From: Candidatus Woesearchaeota archaeon | GTDB taxonomy: Archaea > Nanobdellota > Nanobdellia > Pacearchaeales > GW2011-AR1 | Direction: 5' to 3' | NCBI GenBank assembly: GCA_964594115.1 | Contig: CAZQLD010000002.1 | Location: forward strand, 10,450-74,449 | Length of the DNA stretch: 64,000 bases | In this document: piece by piece, positions 18,619 to 30,600 of the stretch | Layout of the letters: every line of letters begins with the position of its first letter | Numbering within the stretch: position 1 is the first letter of the stretch | Notes under the pieces: generated by a model | The model's input: only the letters and a program-made list of their open reading frames with translations | Told to the model about the DNA's origin: nothing | Databases searched by the model: none | Program-made: the position numbers and the translations under genes

Positions 18619-19329
18619 ACATGATTTTAGAGTTTTATCTGAACTTATTAATGTCCCCATAAAATGTTTATTGTTTAGAAGATAGTCTAGATTTTTTAAT
18701 TCAGGGCCTAGAATGTATGTTATAATTTTATGTTTTTTGATTATCTTTGCTGCAATTTGGTCTAGGACAAAATGCTGTCCAGGCTTAAATTCAATCTGTT
18801 TTGCCATTTTTAGAAAATCTTCATGAGAAATTTCTGGGATAAATTTAGCTGTTTTATGTTTTTTTGGATTTTTATCATATAACCCAGAAACATTTGTTAG
18901 GTTAATAAAATCTGTTTTAAAGTAATTAGCTATTTTTGCTGCTGTTCCGTCACTTGTTTCTTTTTTTGCATATCTTAGTGCTCCGCAAAAAACAACACTA
19001 TTAAATCTCAAGAGTCCTTTAATTTGTTTCATGTTATGTGGGATTCCTTGATTAGCGTCTTTACCAAAAAAATAAGTCATAAATCTTGCGTTTAATCTTG
19101 TTGTCGAAATTCCTAACAAGCTTTGAAAATAAAGTTTTTTCTTTTCAACATTTTCGAGACCCTTAATATAAGCTCTGGCAGTACTTCCTCCACCGCAAAC
19201 AACAACAAACTTATACTTTTTCTTGTTCTTTAAAAGGATTTTTTTAAAGCCTTCTAAGAATTTTGTGTTAAGTTTTCCTGGAACAATCAAGCTTCCACCT
19301 AAACTTATTACAACTACTTTTTTCCCCAT
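18592..19329 (-). CDS. pyrH: uridylate kinase (archaeal UMP kinase, amino-acid-kinase fold)
   Basis: 'VVVISLGGS', 'VVVCGGGSTARAYI', 'TSDGTAAKIANYFKTDFINLTNVSGLYDKNPKKHKTAKFI', 'VLDQIAAKIIKKHKI'. Collinear with archaeal PyrH. Confidence 0.75.
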   Translation of the reverse strand: MGKKVVVISLGGSLIVPGKLNTKFLEGFKKILLKNKKKYKFVVVCGGGSTARAYIKGLENVEKKKLYFQSLLGISTTRLNARFMTYFFGKDANQGIPHNMKQIKGLLRFNSVVFCGALRYAKKETSDGTAAKIANYFKTDFINLTNVSGLYDKNPKKHKTAKFIPEISHEDFLKMAKQIEFKPGQHFVLDQIAAKIIKKHKIITYILGPELKNLDYLLNNKHFMGTLISSDKTLKSCSTQSLERL

Positions 19330-19406
19330 TTCAGAAAAAAGATTGTTTTATTTTTAAATGTTTTTAATATATATGTTGGAGAATAGAAATTGTTTTTAAA
19401 TAGAAA

Positions 19407-19955
19407 TTGGTTGTTTTATGTAATATGAAGATTAGGGAAAGGCAGTATCAAGATGCAGATTTGGCTAGTGAATTAGAGCATTATATGACAACTGAGTTGA
19501 ATTTTCCTAGTGGGTCTATTTCTCGAGGAACATCTAAGGGAGAGAGATCTACTCTATATTTGAAATATAATGGAAAAGAATATGTTATTGCATTTTCTTC
19601 AGAAAGAAATGCGAGATTTTTAGTTATTCATTTAGAAAAACCTACAACAGATCTTGTTGATAAATTAAAAAAAGATTTAATTGGTGATTCTATTTTTAAA
19701 AGACTCAAATACCTAAGAAAAGGAAATTTGGCTAGATGTAAACAATTTTTTAAAAGAGAGTTTGTTTCGACGAGTGAACTATCTTCTTTTGGTCGTGAAA
19801 AACCAGTTCCTACTGTTTTTTTATTGACAGAGATTAGAGAACTTCCATTAAGTAAAAAAGGACATTTATCAGGGAAATTCACTAAATATGTTTATGATTA
19901 CAATATTCGTCCATTTATTGCAGGAGTAGAGAATCCTAATCCAAACGATGACTAA
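19407..19955 (+). CDS. hypothetical protein
   Basis: ORF only. Confidence 0.35.
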   Translation: MVVLCNMKIRERQYQDADLASELEHYMTTELNFPSGSISRGTSKGERSTLYLKYNGKEYVIAFSSERNARFLVIHLEKPTTDLVDKLKKDLIGDSIFKRLKYLRKGNLARCKQFFKREFVSTSELSSFGREKPVPTVFLLTEIRELPLSKKGHLSGKFTKYVYDYNIRPFIAGVENPNPNDD

Positions 19956-19964
19956 AAAGGTAAA

Positions 19965-20255
19965 TCAAACAGTAAATAACTTATTGTCCTTAACATTAAA
20001 TATTTTTAATCTTGCTCCACAGTCAAGCCAGCCATGGGCATAATTTAATGCCCCATAAGCATTAATAAGATGGCCTTTTTTCTCAAAATGTTCTGAATCT
20101 GATAAGTAGCATTCAATCATTTCAATAATCTCTTCAGCTTCTTTTTCTCTTCCTTTAGCTACCGATGTTTTAGCTATATTGAGGGCTTTTTCTGTTATTT
20201 TTCTGTATTTCCCAATTCTTGTCTTACAGACAAGATTTATTTTTTTATTTTCCAT
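19965..20255 (-). CDS. DUF357-family small archaeal protein
   Basis: 96 aa; 'AKGREKEAEEIIEMIECYLSDSEHFEKKGHLINAYGALNYAHGWLDCG' fits DUF357. Confidence 0.45.
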   Translation of the reverse strand: MENKKINLVCKTRIGKYRKITEKALNIAKTSVAKGREKEAEEIIEMIECYLSDSEHFEKKGHLINAYGALNYAHGWLDCGARLKIFNVKDNKLFTV

Positions 20256-20287
20256 AAATTTAAATATCTTTTTCCATTTAAAAGTTT

Positions 20288-20704
20288 ATGGAATTTACAA
20301 TTAAAAGCAGGAAAAGAGAAGAGATTATTGATATTACTAATGAGGTTAGTGAAGCTGTTTCTAAGTTATGTGACGAGAATAAGAAAAGAATATGCAATAA
20401 AGATATTGGGGCATGTTTAGTATATGTGCCGCATGCAACCTGCGCGATAATTGTGAATGAAAATTACGATTCAGCTGTTTGTAGAGACATTCTGCAATAT
20501 CTGAAAAAGCAAATTCCAGAAGGGATTTGGGAGCATGATAAAATAGATAGTAATGCAGATTCTCATATTAAATCCACTTTATTAGGGCCTGGGCAAATAG
20601 TTCCGATTGATGCAGGAAAACTGCAGTTAGGGAGATGGCAGGGAATTGCTCTAGCAGAGTTTGACGGCCCAAGAAAAAGAAGAATTATTGTTAAAATCCT
20701 CTAG
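20288..20704 (+). CDS. YjbQ/UPF0047 family protein (secondary thiamine-phosphate synthase-like)
   Basis: 'EIIDITNEV', 'LVYVPHATCAIIVNENYD', 'HIKSTLLGP', 'LQLGRWQGIALAEFDGPRKRRIIVKI'. Confidence 0.7.
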   Translation: MEFTIKSRKREEIIDITNEVSEAVSKLCDENKKRICNKDIGACLVYVPHATCAIIVNENYDSAVCRDILQYLKKQIPEGIWEHDKIDSNADSHIKSTLLGPGQIVPIDAGKLQLGRWQGIALAEFDGPRKRRIIVKIL

Positions 20705-20969
20705 TTATCTATTTTTTATTGCTTATTTTCTTAAATCTATATGCCAAAGGTGATTTAACAAAATAAGCTTAGTAAAATAGTCTTGCTAACATAAAACTTT
20801 TTGATATATAGTTTGCAGTACAGAAATGATTTAAAAATACAAAGTTTTTTAGTAATCATAAAAGAGGATAAAAGGGAAGGAAAAAACATGCATGACCTTC
20901 CTTTCTCTTTTTATGTTTTTAGTGAAAAAATTTATATATCCAGATTGTTCTCTTTATTAGGAATATAAA

Positions 20970-21578
20970 ATGGATAAAAGAGGCGCAAGCGAGATTGTAA
21001 CAATAGTTCTTCTAGTCTTTTTAGCATTGGTAGCGGTTCTTCTTATTTTGGATATTATTAATTCTGTAGTTGAGAAAGAAACTGAAAAAATTGAGCTGGA
21101 AGATTTTACAGAAAGTATGGATTCAGAAGCAGCTGGAGTATCTGCTGGAGATTTAGAAACTGCGCAAGCAGACTGTTTGTCTGATTGGGAGTGTGAAGAA
21201 TGGTCGAAATGTCAGGTTATTTATAATTTAGATGCAATTATTTCAGATGATATTTTTTTAGAAGGAGAGATGCAGAGAAAATGCAAGGACTTGAATAAAT
21301 GTAATTATAATAAAATTGAACAAAAAGAGTGTGAAACAAAAGCCAATGTTAGTGTTGAAAGAGTTAACAGATGTTCTAAAGAGTATATCGAGGTAAGGGA
21401 TAAAGATGAAGTTTTAATTTCAAGATTAGAGCTAACTAATGGAACTTCTCAGGAATTAAACATACAGTTATTTCTTGGAGATGTGAAGTATTGCTCTTAT
21501 TGTTATAATGATATAAAGGATTATGATGAAGATGAGGTTGATTGTGTTTATCAAGGAGATAGTTGTCCTATCTGTTAG
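20970..21578 (+). CDS. secreted acidic Cys-rich protein (N-terminal TM/signal)
   Basis: 'IVTIVLLVFLALVAVLLIL' anchor; 16 Cys including a C-terminal 'CSYCY...CVYQGDSCPIC'. Confidence 0.4.
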   Translation: MDKRGASEIVTIVLLVFLALVAVLLILDIINSVVEKETEKIELEDFTESMDSEAAGVSAGDLETAQADCLSDWECEEWSKCQVIYNLDAIISDDIFLEGEMQRKCKDLNKCNYNKIEQKECETKANVSVERVNRCSKEYIEVRDKDEVLISRLELTNGTSQELNIQLFLGDVKYCSYCYNDIKDYDEDEVDCVYQGDSCPIC

Positions 21579-21692
21579 AGGTCATTCTATATGAAAATAT
21601 TTAAATACTTACCCTACATGATTTTTCTATAAAAGAGTTGTTTTATATAGTTAAAAATGCATTACCTTACAAAATTTTAGTAAAAGGGGTAA

Positions 21693-24600
21693 ATGGTATA
21701 TAAAAAATACATAAAAAGAGGAAATAAGAGATTTGGGCCTTATTACTATGAAAGTTATAGGGATAAGGATGGAAAAGTTAGGACAAGATATATTGGAGAA
21801 ACAATATACTGTAAATCCTCTAAAAAGGGTTTAGATAAGGTAAAAACAAAGCATTTGATAGGCATTCTTTTATTATTGATTATCGGAATTCTTCTTGTTC
21901 GGGTTTTGCCTTTGTTGGAGGATAGTGAAAGGACTATTGGTATTAAAGGTGGTTTAAGAGATCTCGAAAAGACAGGTTTTTCAGAAGAAGCAAGGGCTCC
22001 TATTGTTGGCTTGGCAGTTTCTGGGGAAACTCCTGTAGAAATGTCTACAAAAAAGATTGAAGTTAAAACAAAAAGATATAGTGTAGTTATTAACAGGCCT
22101 GTTAAATGGGTTAAGACAGTTAAGGTTGATGATAAAACAGATATAGAAAATTTGACTCTGGAAATTCCTAAGGAAGCAGAGTTTATTAATATTAAAACAG
22201 CTGAAGAAGTTCAAGAGGTTTTAGAAAATATAACAGATTACAATAAAGAAATTAAGCAGCTTGATAAAAGGGATTTAAAACAGGGAGAGGTAAGTTTAGC
22301 TGCTTTGAAGACTAGGACATCATTAGTGCTTAAGATTGTGAATTGGGTGAAAGATTCTAGAGCTAAGATTGTAGGATATGTTTTAGAAGAATGGGAAATA
22401 GAGGAAGGAATCAAAAAAACAAAAGATGAAACTGTTATTGAATTAGGGAGGGTTGTTGAATTAGAAAAGCAGGTAGAGGATATTTTAGAAAAACAAGCAG
22501 AAGCAGAGATTGCTGTAGAGTACCTAACAGAAGGACCGCAGTCAGTTGAAGAAGAACTTCCTAATGGAAAGAGGATTAGGATAACAGCAGCAGATGAATT
22601 TGAGTATAAAGATATTTTAGCATATACTGAATTAGATAATTCTATTAGTATGCAAGATGTTGAAAAAGCTAAGTTATATTGGTATATAAGTGAAGAAGAT
22701 TTAAAATTGATTGAGGAGATACCAAAAACTCTAGAAGAAGTAAGTAATTTTGAGGAGACTGAAGAAATTGATGTTGAGTTTGTTAAAGAAAGAGAAGAAA
22801 TAATAGGAGAAACAAAAGAAATTGAAGAAGTTGTTACAATTTCTGAGGAAAACATAACAGAAGAAATTGTAGAACAACCAACTTCTTTAGAAAATACAAG
22901 TGAAGAAACCGAAATTCCAACTTTAGGTCCTTTAAATAAATTAGTTGAGTGGACTAAATGGATTTATGGTCCTGAGATAGTTGGTAGTGCAACTGCCCAA
23001 GAAACAGAATTAGAAAAGAAATTAATAAAAGTTCCTGTAGAATTTGAAGCTTATGATTTAGATGAAGATGGAAATGTGGATTATATAGAATGGATTGTTC
23101 CTTATTTGTCAGAGCAAGTTTATGAATTTGTTATTGAAATAGCAAAAGCAGAACATTTAGATGAAAATAAAAATTTTATAGCAGATATTTATTCTGTTGT
23201 TTCTGAAAAAGATAATGTCTGGGGAACTGTAGGTAATAATGAGTATTTGAGAATTATATTTGAGCAGCCACTAAAGAGTAAAGATGACATAACAGTTTAT
23301 ATGAAAGCTGGGCAACCTGCTGAAATAGAGGTTTATGAGGGAAATACTGAGGAATTGATAGCAGTTTTTGAGAGTATTCAAGAAGAAAATTTGTATAAGG
23401 TTTATTTGACAAATCTTAGAGAAGAAAGCTATTATATTTTTGATTTAAAAATTAAAGGAGAGGTTGAGTTTGATTCTGTTTATGGAACTGTATGGAAAGA
23501 GGTTTGTGATGAAAAAGAGATTTGTGTGTATGAAAGTGAGAAAGAAGGCATTAAAGCAGAAATTGGGAACAAAGACAGAGAAGATAAAGAATATGAGCCT
23601 CATCTTAAGCTGAGCAAATGGAATAATGAGGTTTTATTTAAAATAAAGCCTGATTCTGAGAACTCAATTTCAAAAATAACAGGTTCTGTCGTATCTGAGA
23701 AAATTAAAGAGATTAGATGGGACAAACCTAAGATAAAAGGAGAAGATAGTGTTGATATGAGTTCTGAGTTAAAAGAAGTTGAATGGCATTATGAAGAAAT
23801 AGGTGATTTTCCTGTTTTAAAAATGGATGAAATAATAAAACAAAAGCCAGATACAAATATATTCAGTTATAAAATTGAGTCAGAGAATCTTGATTATTAT
23901 TACCAGCTTCCTTTATATTTGGAATATGGATTAACTGAGCCAAATTCAACTTGCAATGCTACAAATTGCCAAGGTGCTTACCGCCCTGTTAATGTTGTTG
24001 GAAGTTATGCTGTTTATCATAAGACTAAGGCAAATAATGAGTATAAAACAGGAAAAGCGTTTCATATTTACAGGCCAAAGATTTATGAAAAAAATAATGA
24101 AAATAACTGGATTTGGGGAGATTTAAATATTGATGAGGAACAAGGAATTTTAACAATTACAATTGAGCAAAACTGGCTGGATAATGCTGATTATCCTATT
24201 GTGATTGACCCTGTTTTTGGTTATCAGACAGTTGGGGGAAGCATGGCAAAGCTTTCTACGTACCAAGGTGAAGAGTATGGTAATACACCTAGGGGTTCAC
24301 TATTTACTATGCCTGAGATTGGGTGGGTGGATTCAATCTCAGCTTATATCCACATGTATTCTAATGATTTGGGGCATGCAGGGGCAATATATAAACATTT
24401 TGACTCAAGTAAAGTTGGACAAACAGAAACGGTTTTGCTTCTGGGAGATAGTACTGTCTCTTGGAGAACTTTCAACTTTAATCCGCCAGCGTCTGTTTCT
24501 AATATTGATTATGTTCTTGTGGTTCATCAGTGGACTGGTGGCTATTATACTAATCTGTATTATGACTCTGGCACTACAAACCAAGGGCATTATCGTGACG

Positions 24601-27600
24601 CAGAACATGCGGAAAGTTTACCTAGTCCACTATCTTTTATTCATGACAATAAAAAATGCTCCATTTACGCTACTTATACTATCCCAGATATAATTCCTCC
24701 TATTATTAGTATAGTGTCTATTGGTGGTGATTCATCTTCTCCGTATTCTACTTCAGATAATACTCCTTTAGCAGTTATAACTACAAATGAAAATGCTGAT
24801 TGCAGGGCTTCTAGAGATGGTGATGAAAGTTATGATAGTATGAGTGATGATGTTGATTGTAGTGGAGATGGAGGGAAATCACACAATTGCCAGTTTGGGT
24901 TACTCAGTGATGGCTCCCCAACAGTGTATTTTGCTTGTAGGGACACTATCGGTAATAAAAATACAGCATCAAATAATAAGCAAACAGCAGTTCAAATAGA
25001 CACAAATCCACCAACCCAGTCAAATCATAATCCAGCAAAAGGTTCTACAATAAACACAAAATCTCCAACAATAACCTTTACTACAAATGAGCTTGGAGAT
25101 TGCAGAGCTTCACTATTAGATGAAAGTTATGATAGTATGTCAAATGATGTAGATTGCACATCAGGAACAAGCACATCACACTCTTGCTCTATGTCTGGGT
25201 TATCAGAGGGCTCTGAGGTTGTATATATAGCATGTAAAGATGATACATCTGTAAGTCCTAATAAAGATACTGTTGCAAGCAATGAACATGTTAATTATAT
25301 TGTTGATGCAGTTGCCCCTATTGTAACTATTAATTCAATAGGAGGAGATACTAGCCCTCCATTTAATATATCAGATATATCTCCAAGTGTATCTGCAACA
25401 ACTAATGAAAATGCTGATTGCAGGGCTTCAAATGATGGAGATGAAAGTTATGATAGTATGAGTGATGATGTTGATTGTAGTGGAGATGGAGGAACAAGCC
25501 ATACATGTAATTTTGGCATAATAGGAGCAGGAACCCATATAATTTCTGTGTCATGTAGGGATTCTGTTGGAAATAAAAATACTGCTGGAGATAATGATAA
25601 TGAACAAGTTGAAATTGATAATTCTGCACCAATTGTAACTATTAATTCAATAGGAGGAGATACTAGCCCTCCATTTAATATATCAGATATATCTCCAAGT
25701 GTATCTGCAACAACTAATGAAAATGCTGATTGCAGGGCTTCAAATGATGGAGATGAAAGTTATGATAGTATGAGTGATGATGTTGATTGTAGTGGAGATG
25801 GAGGAACAAGCCATACATGTAATTTTGGCATAATAGGAGCAGGAACCCATATAATTTCTGTGTCATGTAGGGATTCTGTTGGAAATAAAAATACTGCTGG
25901 AAATAATGATAATGAACAAGTTGAGATTGATAATTCTGTACCAACCCAGTTAAATCATAATCCAGCAAAAGGCTCTACAATAAGCACAAAATCTCCAACA
26001 ATAACCTTTAACACAAATGAAATTGGAGATTGCAGAGCTTCATTGTCAGATGAAAGTTATGACAACATGTCAAATGATGTGGATTGCACATCAGGAGCAA
26101 GCACATCACACTCCTGCTCTATGTCAGGATTATCAGAAGGTTCTGAGGTTGTGTATATCGCATGTGAAGATGATACTTCTGTAAGTCCTAATAAGGATAC
26201 TGCTGCAAGTAATGAACATGTTAATTATATTATTGATACATCTGCTCCTGCTGTGCAATTTGTTTTTCCAACTACACAATCTGGTAGTTATTCACAAAAT
26301 TATATAAAAGCAAATGTTACAGCAAATGATCCAAGTCTTGCTGATATTACAGTCTATCTTTACTTTCAATTTGGTCTTCTTCAATCAAGTTCAATAAATT
26401 CTCCATTGTTTGTTGAGTTTACTCCTTTAAGTGAAGGAACTTATTATTTAAATGCCACAGCAATTGATACACTAGGAAACAGGGGGTCTTCAGAAACAAG
26501 AACAATAATTCTTGATAGGTCTGACCCAACAATAACGCTTATTTCTCCTGTTAATGGGGATGTAAGAACAACCCCTTTATTTAATTTCGCGGCTGATTTT
26601 AATGATAGAGCTTTAAAAAATGCAACTCTTTATGTTTGGGATTCCTCTAGAAATATAGTAAATATTACAACAACAGCTCTTTCAGGAACTTCTGATTCTG
26701 CAAGCATTCCAGTGACTTTGCCTTATGAAGATACTTTTTACTGGAATTATTATGCTTGTGATGACTTAGGGAACTGCAGGTTTAGTAATGTTAACTGGAG
26801 TGTTACTTATGTAACTATTAAAATTGGTTTAGATGTTATTTGGCCTCCTGGAAATGTAGATGTAAGCCAGAACCAATTGTTTAATGTAACATTAAAAGTT
26901 TCTTGTAGTGGTGCTGATTGTGGTGATGTTGATGTTAGTTTAGACCCAGATGTTAAACTGCAAATTGAAAACTTAGAAGATGTGTTTTTTGGTTCATCAT
27001 TAGGGGACCAATATTCTGCAGTTAAATTTGATATAGGTTCTGTTCCGCAGAACATGGTTATTGAAAATGCTTTTTTAGCTCTTTATGTTTCTGAAACTGG
27101 TTCAGGTCTTGATTCAGATGTTAAATATTACAGGATAAACAATCAGGGCTGGACTGAAGGTAATACAGCAGGGGCTATGTGGAATTTAAGAAATTCAAGA
27201 GATACTGGAAAAACTGATAATTCTGCTTTTTCTTCAACTGGATGGACCTATTTAGATGTTACAGAAGCTGTAAGAAAAGAATATGAGTCTGGAAATAAAA
27301 ATGTTTCTTTTTGGTTAGAAGATCCAGATAATGCAGCAGATGTTCCAACTAATAGTTATGGTGGTGAAGATTATCTCCGGATTGGAAAAGGGGTTAGTAA
27401 TTTTTTTCATAGATTTTATTCAAAAGAGCATACTGGAGTATCAAATAGGCCATATCTTAATATAATTTATAGAAAAGGATTAATTCCGACAACCCCTTCT
27501 GTTCCTTTTTATACAATTTATAATAATCCAATAAGAATAAGTTTATTTGCTGGGGATACTAAGCTTGTTATATTTTGGGTAAATGCAACTGGTTCTGGAA

Positions 27601-30600
27601 CTTGGAATTTTTTTGCTTATGTAAATAAGACAAATGCTATGTCTATAAGCAATATAACTTCTTTTTGGAATGTTACAATTATAGATGTAACTAATCCAAC
27701 AATAAAACTTACTTCTCCTATAAATGGGGAGCAAATTCAAAGTTCTCCGGTAAATTTTAAAGCTAATTTTTATGATGCTGGTTTAAAAAATGCAACACTA
27801 TATATTTGGGATTCAAATGGGATTAATTATACTCAAACAATAGCCCTTTCAGGAACTTCTGATTCTGCAAGCATTCCGGTAATTTTAGGAGATGGAAATT
27901 ATAAATGGAATTATCAGGCTTGTGATGTAGGAGATAATTGCATTTCTAATAATATAAACTGGACATTTAGTTTAGATGCCACTCCTCCTGAGGTTAATTT
28001 ATTAAGCCCTCCAGACAATTTGACTATTACTTCCCAACAAACATTTAGTTTTGAAGCTAATTTTACTGATATTAATTTGAAAAATGCCACTCTTTTTATT
28101 TGGGATTCAACTAATAGCATTGTTCACAAACAAACAGATACTTTTTTGGGAAATTATGGCTATTCAAATATTTCAGTGACCTTACCTGATTCAGGCACTT
28201 TTTATTGGAATTATTATGCTTGTGATGGCTTAGGGAATTGCAGGTTTAGTAATGTTAACTGGAGTTTAATATTAGGAAGCGTTCCAATTACAAATACTCC
28301 TGTTTTAACAAATGTTAATCCCCAACTTGGACCTTCATCTGACTTAAATTGTTCATTTGTTATTACAGATTCTAATCCTTCTGACCCTCTTGCAGCTAAT
28401 GTAAGATGGTATAGAAATGGTGTTGAAGAGTCTGCTGTTAATGTTAATGTTCAGAATGGTGTTATGCACTCAGTTATTCTTGATTCAAACTATATTAATG
28501 CTTGGGAAAACTGGACGTGTAGTGTTATACCTTATGATGGCAGTGCATTTGGCATACTAAAAAATTCAAACCATGTGTTTATTAAAGCTCTTTTAGATAT
28601 TCAGTACTCTTCTAGCAAGCAGGATTTAGGAACAATAATAAATTATTCTATTTCTGCTAATCTAATTAATAAGCATACAGCACAACTTGAGACAGGGGAT
28701 ATATTAATTGAAGTTTCAAATTCTTCTGGAGTCCAGGCTGCTGGAATTTGTGTTAGCTCAAGTTCTTGTTTTAGGTCATGGTTTGTTCCAATTAGTTTAG
28801 GCTATGGTATTTATTTAGTGAATATTACTGGAAGCAATAAAACCCATTATTTAAGCAAGTCAGTTAGCTTTTCTGATAGTATTAGCTTATGGTCATGGAA
28901 TGTAAATCCTTCATCGCTTGATAAAATAAAAGCTATAGGTTCGCAAGGAATTTTAGAGATAATAGATGTAAATAATATGGGCAGTGAGATTATGGACTTT
29001 AATATATTAAGCAATAATCCTTCTATAATCTGGCCAGATGTTAGTTTTTTACAAGTTCCTCCTGATCAAAAAAACAGCTTTACGCTTAATTATAGTGCTC
29101 CTGCTAAAGGCACATATAGTATCAATGTAAGTGTTAGAAATCAAGAGGTTACTGCAGTTCCAAGGGAATTAAATGTTATTATAAATTTTACATCTGCTGA
29201 CTTAAAAGTCAATTTAATTTCCCCAACAAATCAAATACCTTTGACAAATGTTTCTATAGCACAAAAAGTAGAAATAATAACAAATGCAAGCTATGAAGGG
29301 GCGCCTATAATTAATGATTCTACTTGGATTATCAAAATTGGAGGGCGTGATTGTGGAGACATCACTTATTTTTATGATTTTATTAATGCTTACTGGAATA
29401 TTAGTTGTTCTGCTCCAGATGTGCCTGATGATAGGCCGCACCCTCTTGAAGCTGTGATGCTTAGTAATGAATATGGAGAAGTATCTTATAGTGAGGATGA
29501 TGTTGTGTATTATAGAGATACAAGCCCTCCTGTATTTGAAAATATATTCAGAAATAATATTAATATAAATGGACTGATAAATCTTATTGCAAATGTTTCT
29601 GATAATCTAGGAGTTAAATATGTTGTTGCTAATATAACTGATCCTAATTCAAGCAGTTTCGAATGCAATATGACTAATATTGGAGGATTATGGTTTTGTA
29701 ATTCTATAATCTTAAATCTAGCGGGAGAGTATATTGTTGATTATATCGCAAGCGATGTTTCTGGGAATACTGGTTATGCACAAGACTGGTTTGAGGTTTA
29801 TGACAGGTATTTTTGGGCTGTTAGTTTAGTTGATTATAATTCAACCCCTGTTAGTAATGTCAGTATAAGTTTATCCAGACCTTATACAGGGCCTGTTTTA
29901 GTGAGCAATATAACAAATGCTTTTGGAAAAGCAAATTTTTATGTCAATAAAAGAAAGTATGACATTCGTGGAGGAATTTCAGGCGACGAATTTATTGTAA
30001 GAGAGATTGACTTTGTAAACTCTTCTAACCCAATTTATTTGAATTTTTACAGATACAAAGGAGAGTTAGGGGAAGTTATACCATTACATAGGTTTGATGA
30101 AATTTCTTCTTTTGGAATAGTATCTAATTCAACTAATATGGATAGTAATTTGGTGACTTTGATATTTAATTATAGCTCACTTATTAATAATGTTAATTCA
30201 CTTACAAATCTAGAGATTATGCAGTGTTCAGTCTGGGATTACGCAGCTAGAAGTTGTTTGGGTGTTTGGCAAGCCTTAAGTTCTTCAAGGGATATTGATG
30301 TAAAGACAATTACTGGAAATTCAACTGGGTTTAGTGCATATTTTCTTACTGAAAATACCTGTGGAACTGGTGGCTGTGAGCCAGCTTTTGGAGAAGCAGT
30401 TGGCAATTGCGGTGACTGTATAGCTGGCGGAGGAGGTCCAAGCGGAGGCGGCGGTGGAGGCGGAGGCGGAGGTAGTATCAGCCGCTCTCAAGTAACTCAG
30501 ATTACAGAAAGTTTAATAAAAGTTGGAGGAGTCAGGATTGACACTTCTTCAATTTATGAAGAACTATTTCCAGGAGAAACAACAACAATTAATATAAAGC

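Noticed and set aside
22238-22855. 205-aa Ser-rich antisense ORF and a dozen other 60-160-aa ORFs inside 21693..32708 (e.g. 21981..22214, 24205..24693, 24405..24608, 25402..25632, 25714..25968, 26807..27055, 27543..27740, 27914..28120, 29214..29441, 30554..30736, 31259..31555, 32046..32234, 32336..32716)
   Set aside because: They are fully embedded in, or antisense to, an uninterrupted 11-kb ORF with clear domain structure. They are low-complexity translations of the complementary strand.
24700-28300. Possible CRISPR-like periodicity
   Set aside because: The repeats are 300-bp in-frame protein-coding modules with no short spacer-repeat structure. No cas genes are present. This is not a CRISPR array.
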